Source of the DNA: an uncultured Candidatus Planktophila sp.
GTDB lineage: Bacteria; Actinomycetota; Actinomycetes; Nanopelagicales; Nanopelagicaceae
Reading direction: 5' to 3'
Assembly: GCA_964401345.1 (NCBI GenBank)
Contig: CAYNYE010000001.1
Coordinates: 1-39,508 of the forward strand
DNA: 39,508 nt
Shown here: positions 7,890 to 17,651 of the stretch, piece by piece
How the letters are laid out: every line of letters starts with the position of its first letter
Position numbering within the stretch: position 1 is the stretch's first letter
Notes under the pieces: generated by a model
What the model was told of the DNA's origin: nothing
What the model saw: only the letters and a program-made list of their open reading frames with translations
Database searches by the model: none
Made by a program: the position numbers and the translations under genes

Positions 7890-7993
7890 CTCTCATTTGT
7901 GGCCACTGCCGACCCTTCGAACGTAGCGACGTCCCTTCCCCGGCGCCGTTGCAACACAAAGATCCGTCGGCCGGCAGTGACCAGAGATGAGAG
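7890..7993 (+). ncRNA. mraW RNA motif (cis-regulatory hairpin with CUUCCCC loop)
   Basis: Nested stems CTCTCATTT/AGATGAGAG, TGGCCACTGCCG/CGGCAGTGACCA and GTAGCGACGTC/GGCGCCGTTGC closing a CCTTCCCC loop; lies between mraZ and rsmH (mraW). Confidence 0.8.
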
Positions 7994-8060
7994 TCGCAAG
8001 GAAAGAAAGCAATAAAGAAGTAAACAACTAAAAACTTTAAGGAAAGAAAAGGGGGAAGAG

Positions 8061-9014
8061 ATGACAAGCACGACTGAACATGTATCTGTAATGCGCGATC
8101 GTTGCGTTGATCTCTTGTCTCCAGCAATAGCGGCCTCTAGTAATCCAGTAATTGTGGATGCGACTTTAGGTCTGGGTGGCCACACAGAAGCTCTTCTTCA
8201 GAAGTTTCCACACTTAACAGTTATCGGCATCGATCGCGATCTTGATGCAATTGCCAAAGCTACCGATCGCCTTGCACCATTTGCAGATCGCCTTAAGACC
8301 GCACACTCAACCTTTGATGGAATTGCAGATGTAGTTGCCCGCTTTGGTTACACAAAGATCGACGGAGCGCTTTTTGATCTTGGTGTTTCTTCAATGCAAC
8401 TAGATCAAGCAGAGCGCGGCTTTTCATATTCGCAGGATGCGCCACTAGATATGCGCATGGATCGCACTCAATCGCTGACTGCGGGGGAGATAATCAATAC
8501 TTACGAGCCAGGTCAATTGGTTCGTATTTTGCGTACATATGGTGAAGAAAAGTTTGCAACACGTATCGTCGAATCAATCGTTAAGCAGCGTGCGATCGCA
8601 CCAATGAATTCAACAGCGCAGCTCGCAGCTCTTGTAAAAGAGGCGATTCCAGCAGCTACTCGTCGTACCGGCGGTAACCCTGCTAAGCGCACTTTCCAGG
8701 CTTTGCGCATCGAAACAAATGACGAGTTAGGCACCATTACCCGCGCACTTCCTGCAGCACTTGAACTTCTTAATGTTGGTGCTCGCTTAGTCGTTATGTC
8801 ATTCCAATCTCTTGAAGATCGCATCGTTAAGCAGCTCTTTGTTGCATCCACAACATCTGGAACTCCACGAGATCTTCCATTTGATCTTCCTGAATTTGCT
8901 GCCAAGTTTTCAATGATCACTCGCGGTAGCGAGACACCAACCGATGCCGAACTCGAAGAGAACTCACGTTCTCAATCAGTCCGACTTCGCGCAATCGAAA
9001 GGGTGGCCGCGTAA
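8061..9014 (+). CDS. rsmH: 16S rRNA (cytosine1402-N4)-methyltransferase RsmH
   Basis: DATLGLGGH, DLGVSSMQLD, RGFSY, PLDMRMD, FQALRI, SLEDRIVK. Confidence 0.97.
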   Translation: MTSTTEHVSVMRDRCVDLLSPAIAASSNPVIVDATLGLGGHTEALLQKFPHLTVIGIDRDLDAIAKATDRLAPFADRLKTAHSTFDGIADVVARFGYTKIDGALFDLGVSSMQLDQAERGFSYSQDAPLDMRMDRTQSLTAGEIINTYEPGQLVRILRTYGEEKFATRIVESIVKQRAIAPMNSTAQLAALVKEAIPAATRRTGGNPAKRTFQALRIETNDELGTITRALPAALELLNVGARLVVMSFQSLEDRIVKQLFVASTTSGTPRDLPFDLPEFAAKFSMITRGSETPTDAELEENSRSQSVRLRAIERVAA

Positions 9015-9418
9015 TGGCTATGACCGCATTAGCTCCAGCGATTACTCGCTCAAAGGAAATTTTCGCCGAAAAGACTTCACAAGTTGCACTCAAGCTTGTG
9101 CCAGATCTCTCCGACGGAAAGCAAGCCGATCGTAAGTTTTTTGCAATCTTTGTATCTGTTGTTGGCGGTATTGGTCTCATGCTCCTTCTCCTGATCAATA
9201 CCTTGCTAGCTCAAGATGCATTTGAACTAACTAGCCTCAAACAAGAAGCAAAGTTAGTCAGTGACCAGCGTGAAGCAATCGCACGACAGATCGACAAACT
9301 CTCTTCCCCAGAAGCTCTTGCAAAATCTGCAACAGCCCTAGGCATGAAGCCTTCTGAAAATCCAACCTTCTTATCTTTAGATAAGCCGGTTATTGAGGTT
9401 CCGGTGAAGAATGGGTAA
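9014..9418 (+). CDS. ftsL: Cell division protein FtsL-like
   Basis: Single TM followed by coiled coil and 'SPEALAKSATALGM'; between rsmH and ftsI. Confidence 0.75.
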   Translation: MAMTALAPAITRSKEIFAEKTSQVALKLVPDLSDGKQADRKFFAIFVSVVGGIGLMLLLLINTLLAQDAFELTSLKQEAKLVSDQREAIARQIDKLSSPEALAKSATALGMKPSENPTFLSLDKPVIEVPVKNG

Positions 9419-11228
9419 TTTCTCATTAGCGCATAACAGAATCAGAGCTTTAGTTTTGATTCTGGCGGTTGTCTTGTTTGTGTTTGGATTGCGTCTCGTA
9501 CAAGTCCAAGCGCTACAAGCAGGCGACTATCGTGCACGCGCAGTTAATGAGATGGAAAAGGTGAAGACTCTGCAAGCTCCGCGCGGAGATATCACTGATA
9601 TCAACGGTGTTCCTTTTGCTCGCAGCGTTGCAGCAACAAGCATCGTCGTCGATCAAACACAGATCACCAACCCAGCCAAAGTTGCAGCATTTGTAGCTCC
9701 AATCCTTGGAATGAAGGTTGCCGAGGTTCAAGATTCATTAACTGGAACACGTAAATGGAACATGGTTGCCCGTAACGCAAAGCCAGCAACCTGGCTCAAA
9801 CTTTCAGCGGCAATTGATGAGTACAACTCACAATTCAAGGCCATGGCTCCGGAGCGAATCATCGGCTTCTTCCCAGAACGTAGCTATGTCCGCGAATACC
9901 CATCAGGACGTTTAATCGCATCACTTATTGGATTTGTTAATCATGATGGGGTTGGCGCAACAGGTCTTGAATCAAGTATGAACTCAACGATCAAAGGCGT
10001 CGATGGTAAGTACTCGTATGCCAATGGTTACAAGGCTGAAATTCCTGGATCACAATCAGAAATCGTTCCGGCACAAGCTGGAACTTCTGTTCGCTTAACT
10101 GTTGATCGCGATATCCAGTGGGTTGCTTCAAAGGCGATTGCAGATGCAGTTAAATCATCACGCGCATTAAGCGGAACAGTAATTGTGATGGACCCAAAGA
10201 CAGGTCAAATTCTGGCTCACGCAACCGCTCCAACATTTGACCCAAATGACACAACAAAGGTTTCTTTGGTTGCAATGCGCAACCCATCAGTTTTAGATGT
10301 GTACGAGCCAGGTTCAACTGGCAAGGTAATGACATTAGCTGCAGCTATTGAAGAAAAGAAAATTACCCCTGAAACAGTTTTAACGATTCCTTACGCATTG
10401 AAGCGTTCGGTAAAGGTTTTCCATGATCACGAACCACATCCAACTCAGCGTTTAACAACTGCTGGTGTTCTTGCAGTGTCTAGCAATACCGGTTCGATCA
10501 AAATTGGCGAGATGCTTTCCAATGACAAGTTATACGACTACCTAACAAAGTTTGGAATCGGCTCAAAAACAGGTTCTGGCCTTCCAGGTGAGTCACGAGG
10601 AATTCTTCCTAAGGTTGCAACCTGGTCTGGAACAACAGCGCCAACCGTAGCTTTTGGTCAGGGTTACTCAGTAACAGCAATGCAAGCAACCAGTGTCTTT
10701 GCAACGATTGCAAATGATGGTGTTCGCGTTTCTCCAACTGTTATCGCAGGAACAAGTGATTCAAGTGGAAACTACACACCATCTGCTACTCGCGAGAGCG
10801 TTCGTGTGATCAGCGCTGACACAGCGGCAAAGATGCGATTGATGATGGAGAGCGTTGTTTCTGCAAACGGTACTGCGCCATCTGCAGCGATCCCTGGGTA
10901 TCGCGTTGCTGGTAAGACTGGTACTGCTCAACGTATCGATGACACATGTGGTTGCTATCGCGGATACACCGCTTCATTTATTGGTTTTGCACCTGCAGAT
11001 AAGCCAGCGTATGTCATCTCAGTAACTATTCAAGATCCAAAGGGAATGCACTGGGGTGGATATCTCGGCGGACCAGTATTTAAGAAGGTTATGTCCTTCG
11101 TTCTTCAATCAAAGGGAATTGCGCCAACTGGAACCGTAGTAGACCCAATTGCACTGACGGAGAAGCAATTGCTCGCTGAAAGAAAATTGATTGCACAAAA
11201 GAAGGCTGCAAGTGACAAGGCCAATTGA
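9411..11228 (+). CDS. ftsI: Division transpeptidase FtsI (class B PBP)
   Basis: N-terminal TM, RGDITD, EPGSTGK (SxxK), SSN, KTGT. Confidence 0.93.
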   Translation: MGNFSLAHNRIRALVLILAVVLFVFGLRLVQVQALQAGDYRARAVNEMEKVKTLQAPRGDITDINGVPFARSVAATSIVVDQTQITNPAKVAAFVAPILGMKVAEVQDSLTGTRKWNMVARNAKPATWLKLSAAIDEYNSQFKAMAPERIIGFFPERSYVREYPSGRLIASLIGFVNHDGVGATGLESSMNSTIKGVDGKYSYANGYKAEIPGSQSEIVPAQAGTSVRLTVDRDIQWVASKAIADAVKSSRALSGTVIVMDPKTGQILAHATAPTFDPNDTTKVSLVAMRNPSVLDVYEPGSTGKVMTLAAAIEEKKITPETVLTIPYALKRSVKVFHDHEPHPTQRLTTAGVLAVSSNTGSIKIGEMLSNDKLYDYLTKFGIGSKTGSGLPGESRGILPKVATWSGTTAPTVAFGQGYSVTAMQATSVFATIANDGVRVSPTVIAGTSDSSGNYTPSATRESVRVISADTAAKMRLMMESVVSANGTAPSAAIPGYRVAGKTGTAQRIDDTCGCYRGYTASFIGFAPADKPAYVISVTIQDPKGMHWGGYLGGPVFKKVMSFVLQSKGIAPTGTVVDPIALTEKQLLAERKLIAQKKAASDKAN

Positions 11229-12696
11229 AGAGTTTAAACGAAGCGTTGAATCGGTAGCAGCAATTGCCAACGCTAAATTAACCGGCGACGCATCAATCGT
11301 TATAACTGGGCTGACTCTTTCAAGTAATGCGGTGCAAGAGGGCGATCTATTTATCGCGCTTCCAGGTGAAAAGAACCATGGTGCAGATTTTGCTGCCGAT
11401 GCGATTGCACGCGGAGCAGTGGCGGTCCTTACTGATTCAGCAGGAGCTACAAAGATCAAAGGTGTACCTGTCATTGTTAGTAGCAACCCTCGCCGAGCCG
11501 CAGGCGTGATTAGCGCTTGGTTCTACAGCGAACCGATGCGCGATCTCTATAGCGTGGGTGTAACCGGTACAAATGGCAAGACCACGGTAACAACGCTGTT
11601 GCACCAGATCATGTCTGCCGCAGGTCGCGACAGCGGTCTTATTGGAACAGTAGAGACTCGAATTGGTGATGAAGTAATCGCTAGCAAGCGAACAACTCCT
11701 GAAAGCAGCGATCTGCAAGCATTATCTGCGGTCATGCGTGAACGACACATGCGAAACCTGGTGATGGAAGTTTCAAGTCATGCGATTTCATTAGAAAGAA
11801 TCCGCGGAAGTCACTTTGCGGTCGTCGCATTTACTAATTTGTCACAGGACCACTTAGATTTTCACAAAACCATGCAGGCTTACTTTGAAGCTAAAGCCAA
11901 ATTATTTACATTCGAGTTTGCTGATTTAGCTGTAATCAACATTGATGATACATATGGTGTAAAGCTGGCTGAATTAACTGAACTGCCAGTTATGAGTGTT
12001 TCGAGAGATAACCAAAGTGCTACGTGGCATTACGCCTCAATCACCAAGGATTATGTCGGTGCCCATGTGGCAATCCGTGGAAGCGGTGGAATTCTTATCG
12101 AAGGCAAGGTACATCTTCACGGTGGATATAACTTTGATAACTTGTTGATGGCGGTAGCAATTGCGACTGAGAGTGGAATCGATCCAATTGATATCGCCGC
12201 AATCCTGCCTCAGTTAACTGGTGCAGCTGGTCGACTTGAATCGGTGCGATTGGGACAAAACTTCACTGCATTAGTTGATTATGCACACTCTCCAGATGCG
12301 GTGGCGCGTGTGTTGGAAACAGCTCATGAAATTAGTGATGGACGAGTAATCGCGGTTCTTGGATGCGGCGGAGATCGCGATGCTTCAAAGCGAGCGTTGA
12401 TGGGTAAGGCGCTTAGCGAAGGTGCAGATGTTGCGATTTACACAAGTGATAATCCACGTTCAGAAAAAGCTGATGCGATCTTGGTGCAGATGACCCTTGG
12501 CTTAGATATACAAGAACCTAGCGCAGTAATTGAAGATCGCGCAGAAGCGATTAGGGCAGCGGTCAACGAGGCGCAAGAGGGCGACTTAGTTTTGGTTTTA
12601 GGCAAGGGGCATGAAAAGGGTCAAGAGATAAACGGCACAGTTCATCCATTTGATGATCGGGTAGAGCTAGCTCGGGCAATCGAGGACAAGAGATGA
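11212..12696 (+). CDS. murE: UDP-MurNAc-tripeptide ligase MurE (DAP-adding)
   Basis: GTNGKTT, TTPE, MEVSSH, DHLDFH, DYAH, GCGGDRD, DNPR; GTG at 11212 preferred over TTG at 11191. Confidence 0.95.
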   Translation: MTRPIEEFKRSVESVAAIANAKLTGDASIVITGLTLSSNAVQEGDLFIALPGEKNHGADFAADAIARGAVAVLTDSAGATKIKGVPVIVSSNPRRAAGVISAWFYSEPMRDLYSVGVTGTNGKTTVTTLLHQIMSAAGRDSGLIGTVETRIGDEVIASKRTTPESSDLQALSAVMRERHMRNLVMEVSSHAISLERIRGSHFAVVAFTNLSQDHLDFHKTMQAYFEAKAKLFTFEFADLAVINIDDTYGVKLAELTELPVMSVSRDNQSATWHYASITKDYVGAHVAIRGSGGILIEGKVHLHGGYNFDNLLMAVAIATESGIDPIDIAAILPQLTGAAGRLESVRLGQNFTALVDYAHSPDAVARVLETAHEISDGRVIAVLGCGGDRDASKRALMGKALSEGADVAIYTSDNPRSEKADAILVQMTLGLDIQEPSAVIEDRAEAIRAAVNEAQEGDLVLVLGKGHEKGQEINGTVHPFDDRVELARAIEDKR

Positions 12697-14063
12697 TTAC
12701 TTTAACTGCAGGTGAAATCGGATTATTGCTGGGCGGAGAAATTTACTGCGATAAGGATCTGTTGGTTTCAAAGGCTCCAGTATTTGATTCACGCAAAGCG
12801 GCTCCCGGATGCATTTTCTTAGCGTTGCAAGGTGAGACTGTAGATGGTCACGATTTTGCTGCCGATGCCTATCGTGCAGGTGCGATGTTTTCAATTACAA
12901 CTCGAAGAATTGATGGGCCTTGTATAGTCGTAAAAGATGTCATCGAGGCGCTTTCAATTCTTGCATCCTTTGTTCGCAAGCGCTTAACCAACTTGAAGGT
13001 AATCGGCATAACTGGTTCTCAGGGTAAGACAAGCACCAAGGATCTTCTTTCACACATGTTGTCCAATGTTGGTCCAACAATTGCACCGGCTGGATCCTTC
13101 AATAATGATTTAGGTCTTCCGATTACTTTGCTCGAATGCGATGAACACACCAAGTACTGCATCCTAGAAATGGGAGCGCGTCACAAAGGTGACATTGCAC
13201 GGTTGTGTGAGATCGCCCAGCCAAATATTGGTGTTGTGTTGACCGTTGGAACAGCTCACCTCGGCGAATTTGGATCTGTAGAAGCGATCGCTGAAACTAA
13301 ATCAGAGTTAATTCAAACGCTTCGCCCAGATGGAATCGCGGTTTTGGGTACGTACGACAAGTACACGCCCGCTATGGCATCTCTTCATTCAGGTAGAACC
13401 ATTAAATTTGGAAATGGTTGCGAGGTTCGCGCAGCCGAGATTGAAATCCGCGAAGGCCGACCACACTTTGATTTAGTCACACCGGCTGGACGTGATGCGG
13501 TCGGAATGAGAATTGTTGGAGAGCATCACATTGCCAACGCATTAGCTGTGGCTGCGGTAGGAACCGCTTTGGATTTACCAATTGAAGTGATTGCATCTTC
13601 GCTATCAACCGCAGATAACTCCAGTAAGTGGCGCATGGAAGTTCATGATCTCTTCGGTCTACTTCTGATAAATGATGCCTATAACGCTAATCCTGAGTCT
13701 ATGGCCGCCGCGCTTCGATCATTGGTCCTCTTTGCGCAGGAGCGCGGGGGAGAGTCCTGGGCATTCCTAGGAAAAATGCATGAACTCGGCGAGTCAAGCG
13801 CACAACGCCATGCAGCAATTGGCACCCTTGCTCAAGAGATTGGTATCGACCATCTTGTCGCAATTGGCGCTCCCGAATACGGAGCATCACAGGGACAGAT
13901 GATCACTCATCATTACGCAAGCATCGATGAGTGTCTTTCAATGACAGATCATTTCTCTGCAGGAGATGTTGTTCTCGTAAAGGCATCTCGCTCTGAAGGT
14001 TTTGAAGTTTTAGCTCAGAAGCTAGAGAGCATGTGGTTGGACAAGAGCGGAGTTGAAAGTTGA
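12693..14063 (+). CDS. murF: UDP-MurNAc-tripeptide--D-Ala-D-Ala ligase MurF
   Basis: GSQGKTSTK, SFNNDLGLP, EMGAR, DAYNANPES, KASR. Confidence 0.95.
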   Translation: MITLTAGEIGLLLGGEIYCDKDLLVSKAPVFDSRKAAPGCIFLALQGETVDGHDFAADAYRAGAMFSITTRRIDGPCIVVKDVIEALSILASFVRKRLTNLKVIGITGSQGKTSTKDLLSHMLSNVGPTIAPAGSFNNDLGLPITLLECDEHTKYCILEMGARHKGDIARLCEIAQPNIGVVLTVGTAHLGEFGSVEAIAETKSELIQTLRPDGIAVLGTYDKYTPAMASLHSGRTIKFGNGCEVRAAEIEIREGRPHFDLVTPAGRDAVGMRIVGEHHIANALAVAAVGTALDLPIEVIASSLSTADNSSKWRMEVHDLFGLLLINDAYNANPESMAAALRSLVLFAQERGGESWAFLGKMHELGESSAQRHAAIGTLAQEIGIDHLVAIGAPEYGASQGQMITHHYASIDECLSMTDHFSAGDVVLVKASRSEGFEVLAQKLESMWLDKSGVES

Positions 14064-15118
14064 GACAGATTCTTATCGCAGGTGCGTTTGCCCTGATCTT
14101 TTCTCTCTTCGGAACTCGCGTATTGATTCGAGCATTGGCTAGCAAGGGCTACGGACAGATTATTCGTGATGACGGACCAAGTAGTCATCACATCAAACAC
14201 GGAACTCCAACTATGGGCGGAATTATTTTCATTCTTGCTGCCATCCTTGGCTACCTGGTTGCACACTTAGTAACAGGTAATGCGGTTACGGCCTCTGCGC
14301 TGTTAGTTATGGGTCTCGTGGTTGCCTTGGGATTTATCGGATTTCTCGATGATTGGCTCAAGGTATCTCGACAAAATTCACGAGGATTACCTGGTCGCTT
14401 TAAACTTTTAGGACAAGCGATCTCAGCTGGAGTCTTTGGCTACCTTGGACTTCAATATGCCGATAAAGACATGTTAACGCCGATATCTGAATACCTTTCA
14501 GGTGTACGCGAGACGACAATTTACTTAGGACCTGCTCTTGTAATCATTTTCATCATCGTGATGGTGATGTCTGCAAGTAACGGCGTAAATCTGACGGATG
14601 GTCTTGATGGGCTTGCAACTGGTGCTTCAATCATGACCTTCCTGGCCTTTGTTTTGATTGGTGTATGGGAGTTTGGACAAAGCTGTGCGTTAAACGCCAG
14701 TGCAGGATGTTATGCAGTACGAGATCCGCTTGATTTAGCAGTACTTGCAGCAGCGTTTGCTGGAGGATGTACTGGTTTCTTGTGGTGGAATACCGCACCA
14801 GCAAAAATTTTCATGGGTGATACAGGTTCCCTTGCCTTGGGTGGCGCGATCGCAGGTCTTGCAGCAACTTTGCGCGTAGAACTTCTTCTTATTCCTCTAG
14901 GTGGTCTCTTCGTAATCATCACAATGTCTGTGTTGATTCAAACCGCTTATTTCAAAATCAGTGGCGGAAAGCGTGTTTTCAAGATGGCGCCGCTCCATCA
15001 TCATTTTGAACTTATTGGCTGGGAGCAAATAACAATTGTGATTCGCTTTTGGATCATTGCAGGATTGTGTGTTGCAGTTGGACTCGGTCTCTTCTATGCG
15101 CAATGGGTCGTCAAATAA
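14060..15118 (+). CDS. mraY: Phospho-N-acetylmuramoyl-pentapeptide transferase MraY
   Basis: GTPTMGG, GFLDD, NLTDGLDGL, FMGDTGS, APLHHHFE; TTG start. Confidence 0.97.
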   Translation: MRQILIAGAFALIFSLFGTRVLIRALASKGYGQIIRDDGPSSHHIKHGTPTMGGIIFILAAILGYLVAHLVTGNAVTASALLVMGLVVALGFIGFLDDWLKVSRQNSRGLPGRFKLLGQAISAGVFGYLGLQYADKDMLTPISEYLSGVRETTIYLGPALVIIFIIVMVMSASNGVNLTDGLDGLATGASIMTFLAFVLIGVWEFGQSCALNASAGCYAVRDPLDLAVLAAAFAGGCTGFLWWNTAPAKIFMGDTGSLALGGAIAGLAATLRVELLLIPLGGLFVIITMSVLIQTAYFKISGGKRVFKMAPLHHHFELIGWEQITIVIRFWIIAGLCVAVGLGLFYAQWVVK

Positions 15119-15121
15119 TTC

Positions 15122-16501
15122 ATGAACATTGATTTTGCCCACAAAAATATTTTGGTTCTTGGAGCTGGAGTAACTGGTAAATCAGTTGCACGCTTTCTTC
15201 AATCGCGTGGGGCAGTCGTTACATTGGTTGACGATAACGCTGAAGGAGCAACAAAGCCTTCAGATGTAGAGCCTGATGGTTTCAACGCTGTTGTTATCTC
15301 ACCAGGTTGGCGTCAAGATCACCCATTGGTGCTTCAGATTCTCAATAGTTCTATCGAACTGCTTAATGAGATAGATATTGCGTGGCAGTTACGCAGCGAA
15401 AAAGTTCCGCACCAAAAGTGGATAGCTTTGACTGGCACCAATGGAAAAACCACAACAGTTGAAATGACTGCAGCGATTTTGCAAGCTGCAGGAATCAAGG
15501 CGGTTGCGTGTGGAAATGTTGGTGACACTGTCATTGATGCGGTTGACCGAGATGATGCATACGAAGTTCTAGTTCTCGAGCTCTCTAGTTTTCAACTTCA
15601 CTGGATGCGCCAAGCACAGTTTGAGGCCGCTGCAATCTTGAATATCGCAGATGACCACTTGGATTGGCATGGAAGTTTTGATGCTTACGCTGATGCGAAG
15701 TTTTCAATTTTAGATCGATCAAAGATCGCGATTCTTAATGCAGATGATGGACCGGTAGTGGTTCGCGCCAATCGCTTTACCGACCGCAAAGTCTTTTTCT
15801 CACTCAACACTCCAGCTCCTGGCGAAATCGGTGTAGTTGAAGAGCTGCTGGTGGATCGCGCATTTGTGCCAGATCCTCAGCAAGCTTCAATGATTTGTGA
15901 GCTAGTCGATGTTGTTCCAACGGTTCCGCATAACGTTTCTAACGCTTTGGCAGCAGCAGCTTTGGCCCGTGCAATAGATGTGCCACATGAAGTAATTCAA
16001 AAGGCGTTGCAGGCTTTTCGCCCTGGGCGTCACCGCATCGAAACGATCTATGAAGCAGATGGCATCGTATGGATCGATGATTCAAAGGCAACAAATCCCC
16101 ATGCAGCCGCTGCTTCATTGATGTCACATCTATCAGTTGTGTGGGTAGCCGGTGGCTTAGCTAAGGGTGCTGACATGGAGCCGTTAATTCAACGTTGTGC
16201 GGCAAGGATTAAGGCAGCAATTTTGATAGGCGCTGATCGCGAACTCATTGAAGCGGCGTTGATTAAGCACGCCCCAAATGTTCCTCGTGTTCTGATTGAT
16301 GCACCTAGCGACTACACCCGTGGGGGAGCGTCGAATTCTTTGATGGAGCTAGTTATTTCAGAGGCATCACGCCACGCAGTGTCGGGAGATGCAGTCTTGC
16401 TCGCACCTGCGTGCGCATCGATGGATCAATTTGTTTCATATGCAGATCGCGGAGATAGATTTGCAGCAGCGGTACGAAAGGTGATCGCACATGAAGCGTG
16501 A
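15122..16501 (+). CDS. murD: UDP-MurNAc-L-Ala--D-Glu ligase MurD
   Basis: GTNGKTTT, ELSSFQL, DHLDWH, DDSKATN, LAPACASMDQF. Confidence 0.96.
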   Translation: MNIDFAHKNILVLGAGVTGKSVARFLQSRGAVVTLVDDNAEGATKPSDVEPDGFNAVVISPGWRQDHPLVLQILNSSIELLNEIDIAWQLRSEKVPHQKWIALTGTNGKTTTVEMTAAILQAAGIKAVACGNVGDTVIDAVDRDDAYEVLVLELSSFQLHWMRQAQFEAAAILNIADDHLDWHGSFDAYADAKFSILDRSKIAILNADDGPVVVRANRFTDRKVFFSLNTPAPGEIGVVEELLVDRAFVPDPQQASMICELVDVVPTVPHNVSNALAAAALARAIDVPHEVIQKALQAFRPGRHRIETIYEADGIVWIDDSKATNPHAAAASLMSHLSVVWVAGGLAKGADMEPLIQRCAARIKAAILIGADRELIEAALIKHAPNVPRVLIDAPSDYTRGGASNSLMELVISEASRHAVSGDAVLLAPACASMDQFVSYADRGDRFAAAVRKVIAHEA

Positions 16502-17651
16502 GGAAACCTTTTTCACTAAGCCGGTAAACCTTTACTACATGCTTCTTGGAAGTACTTTGGCCCTGAGTTTGCTGGGACTGATCATGGTCTTTTCAGCTTC
16601 TTCGATTTATTCATTGGGTTCACGAGGGACTACGTATGGAGTCGTACTACGTCAGTTCATATTCTTGTTGATTTCTCTACCGATGGCATGGGTACTTTCA
16701 CGATTGTCTCTTCGCCAATGGAAAGTTCTTGCTCGTTTCGGTGTCTCTATTTCAGTTTTCTTGCTTCTTATTGTTCAAGTTATCGGAAAGAGTGTTAACG
16801 GTAACCACAACTGGATCAGTCTTGGTTTTGTAGATGTTCAACCTAGCGAGATCGCAAAATTCTTAATGATTTTGTGGGCAGGATATATGTTGGCCAAACG
16901 TGAGCGCTCGGGAGCAATTGAAAGTAATGTTGTAGCACTTATTGGACCCGCCTTTTTATTGTGCATGATTTTGATTATGGCTGGTCGCGACTTGGGTACA
17001 GCTTCTGTATTTGCATTTATCTTGGCGGGTTTATTGTGGGTTTCAGGGCTGCGTCTCGGCGTCTTTGGAGTAGGTCTTGCTGCAGGTGCAGCTGCGCTGG
17101 CGGTACTCATCCTTACATCACCGTACCGAGTTCAACGTTTTGCGGTTTTCCTCAATCCATTCGCTGAAGATCAATACAAACTTTATGGATGGCAACCAGC
17201 GCATAGCCTTTTAGGTCTAGCAAGTGGTGGTTTATTTGGGGTAGGACTTGGCGCAAGCCGACAGAAGTGGGGAAATCTTGCTGAAGCCCACACCGACTTT
17301 ATCTTTGCAGTTATCGGCGAAGAGCTTGGCTTATTCGGAACCCTTGCAACATTAATGTTATTGGCGCTGTTGTTGTTTTCGATTTTCAAATTAGCTTTAC
17401 GTGCGCATGATCCGATGGTGCGTTACGTATCAGCTGGATTTGGTTGCTGGATTGCTATTCAAACCGTTCTGAATATTGGATCTGCAATCAGCGTGCTTCC
17501 AGTAGTTGGAGTTACCTTGCCGCTTGTGTCCTATGGTGGCTCGGCTTTGATTGCGACATATATGGGAATCGGCTTTGTTTTAGGTGCAGCGCGAAGAGAC
17601 CCAGTAATCTATAAAGGTTTACAAGAGACGGGAATTAAATGGCTACGGTAG
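16491..17651 (+). CDS. ftsW: SEDS peptidoglycan polymerase FtsW
   Basis: QPSEIAK, DLGT, EAHTDFIFAVIGEELG, GVTLPLVSYGGS. Confidence 0.95.
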   Translation: MKREETFFTKPVNLYYMLLGSTLALSLLGLIMVFSASSIYSLGSRGTTYGVVLRQFIFLLISLPMAWVLSRLSLRQWKVLARFGVSISVFLLLIVQVIGKSVNGNHNWISLGFVDVQPSEIAKFLMILWAGYMLAKRERSGAIESNVVALIGPAFLLCMILIMAGRDLGTASVFAFILAGLLWVSGLRLGVFGVGLAAGAAALAVLILTSPYRVQRFAVFLNPFAEDQYKLYGWQPAHSLLGLASGGLFGVGLGASRQKWGNLAEAHTDFIFAVIGEELGLFGTLATLMLLALLLFSIFKLALRAHDPMVRYVSAGFGCWIAIQTVLNIGSAISVLPVVGVTLPLVSYGGSALIATYMGIGFVLGAARRDPVIYKGLQETGIKWLR

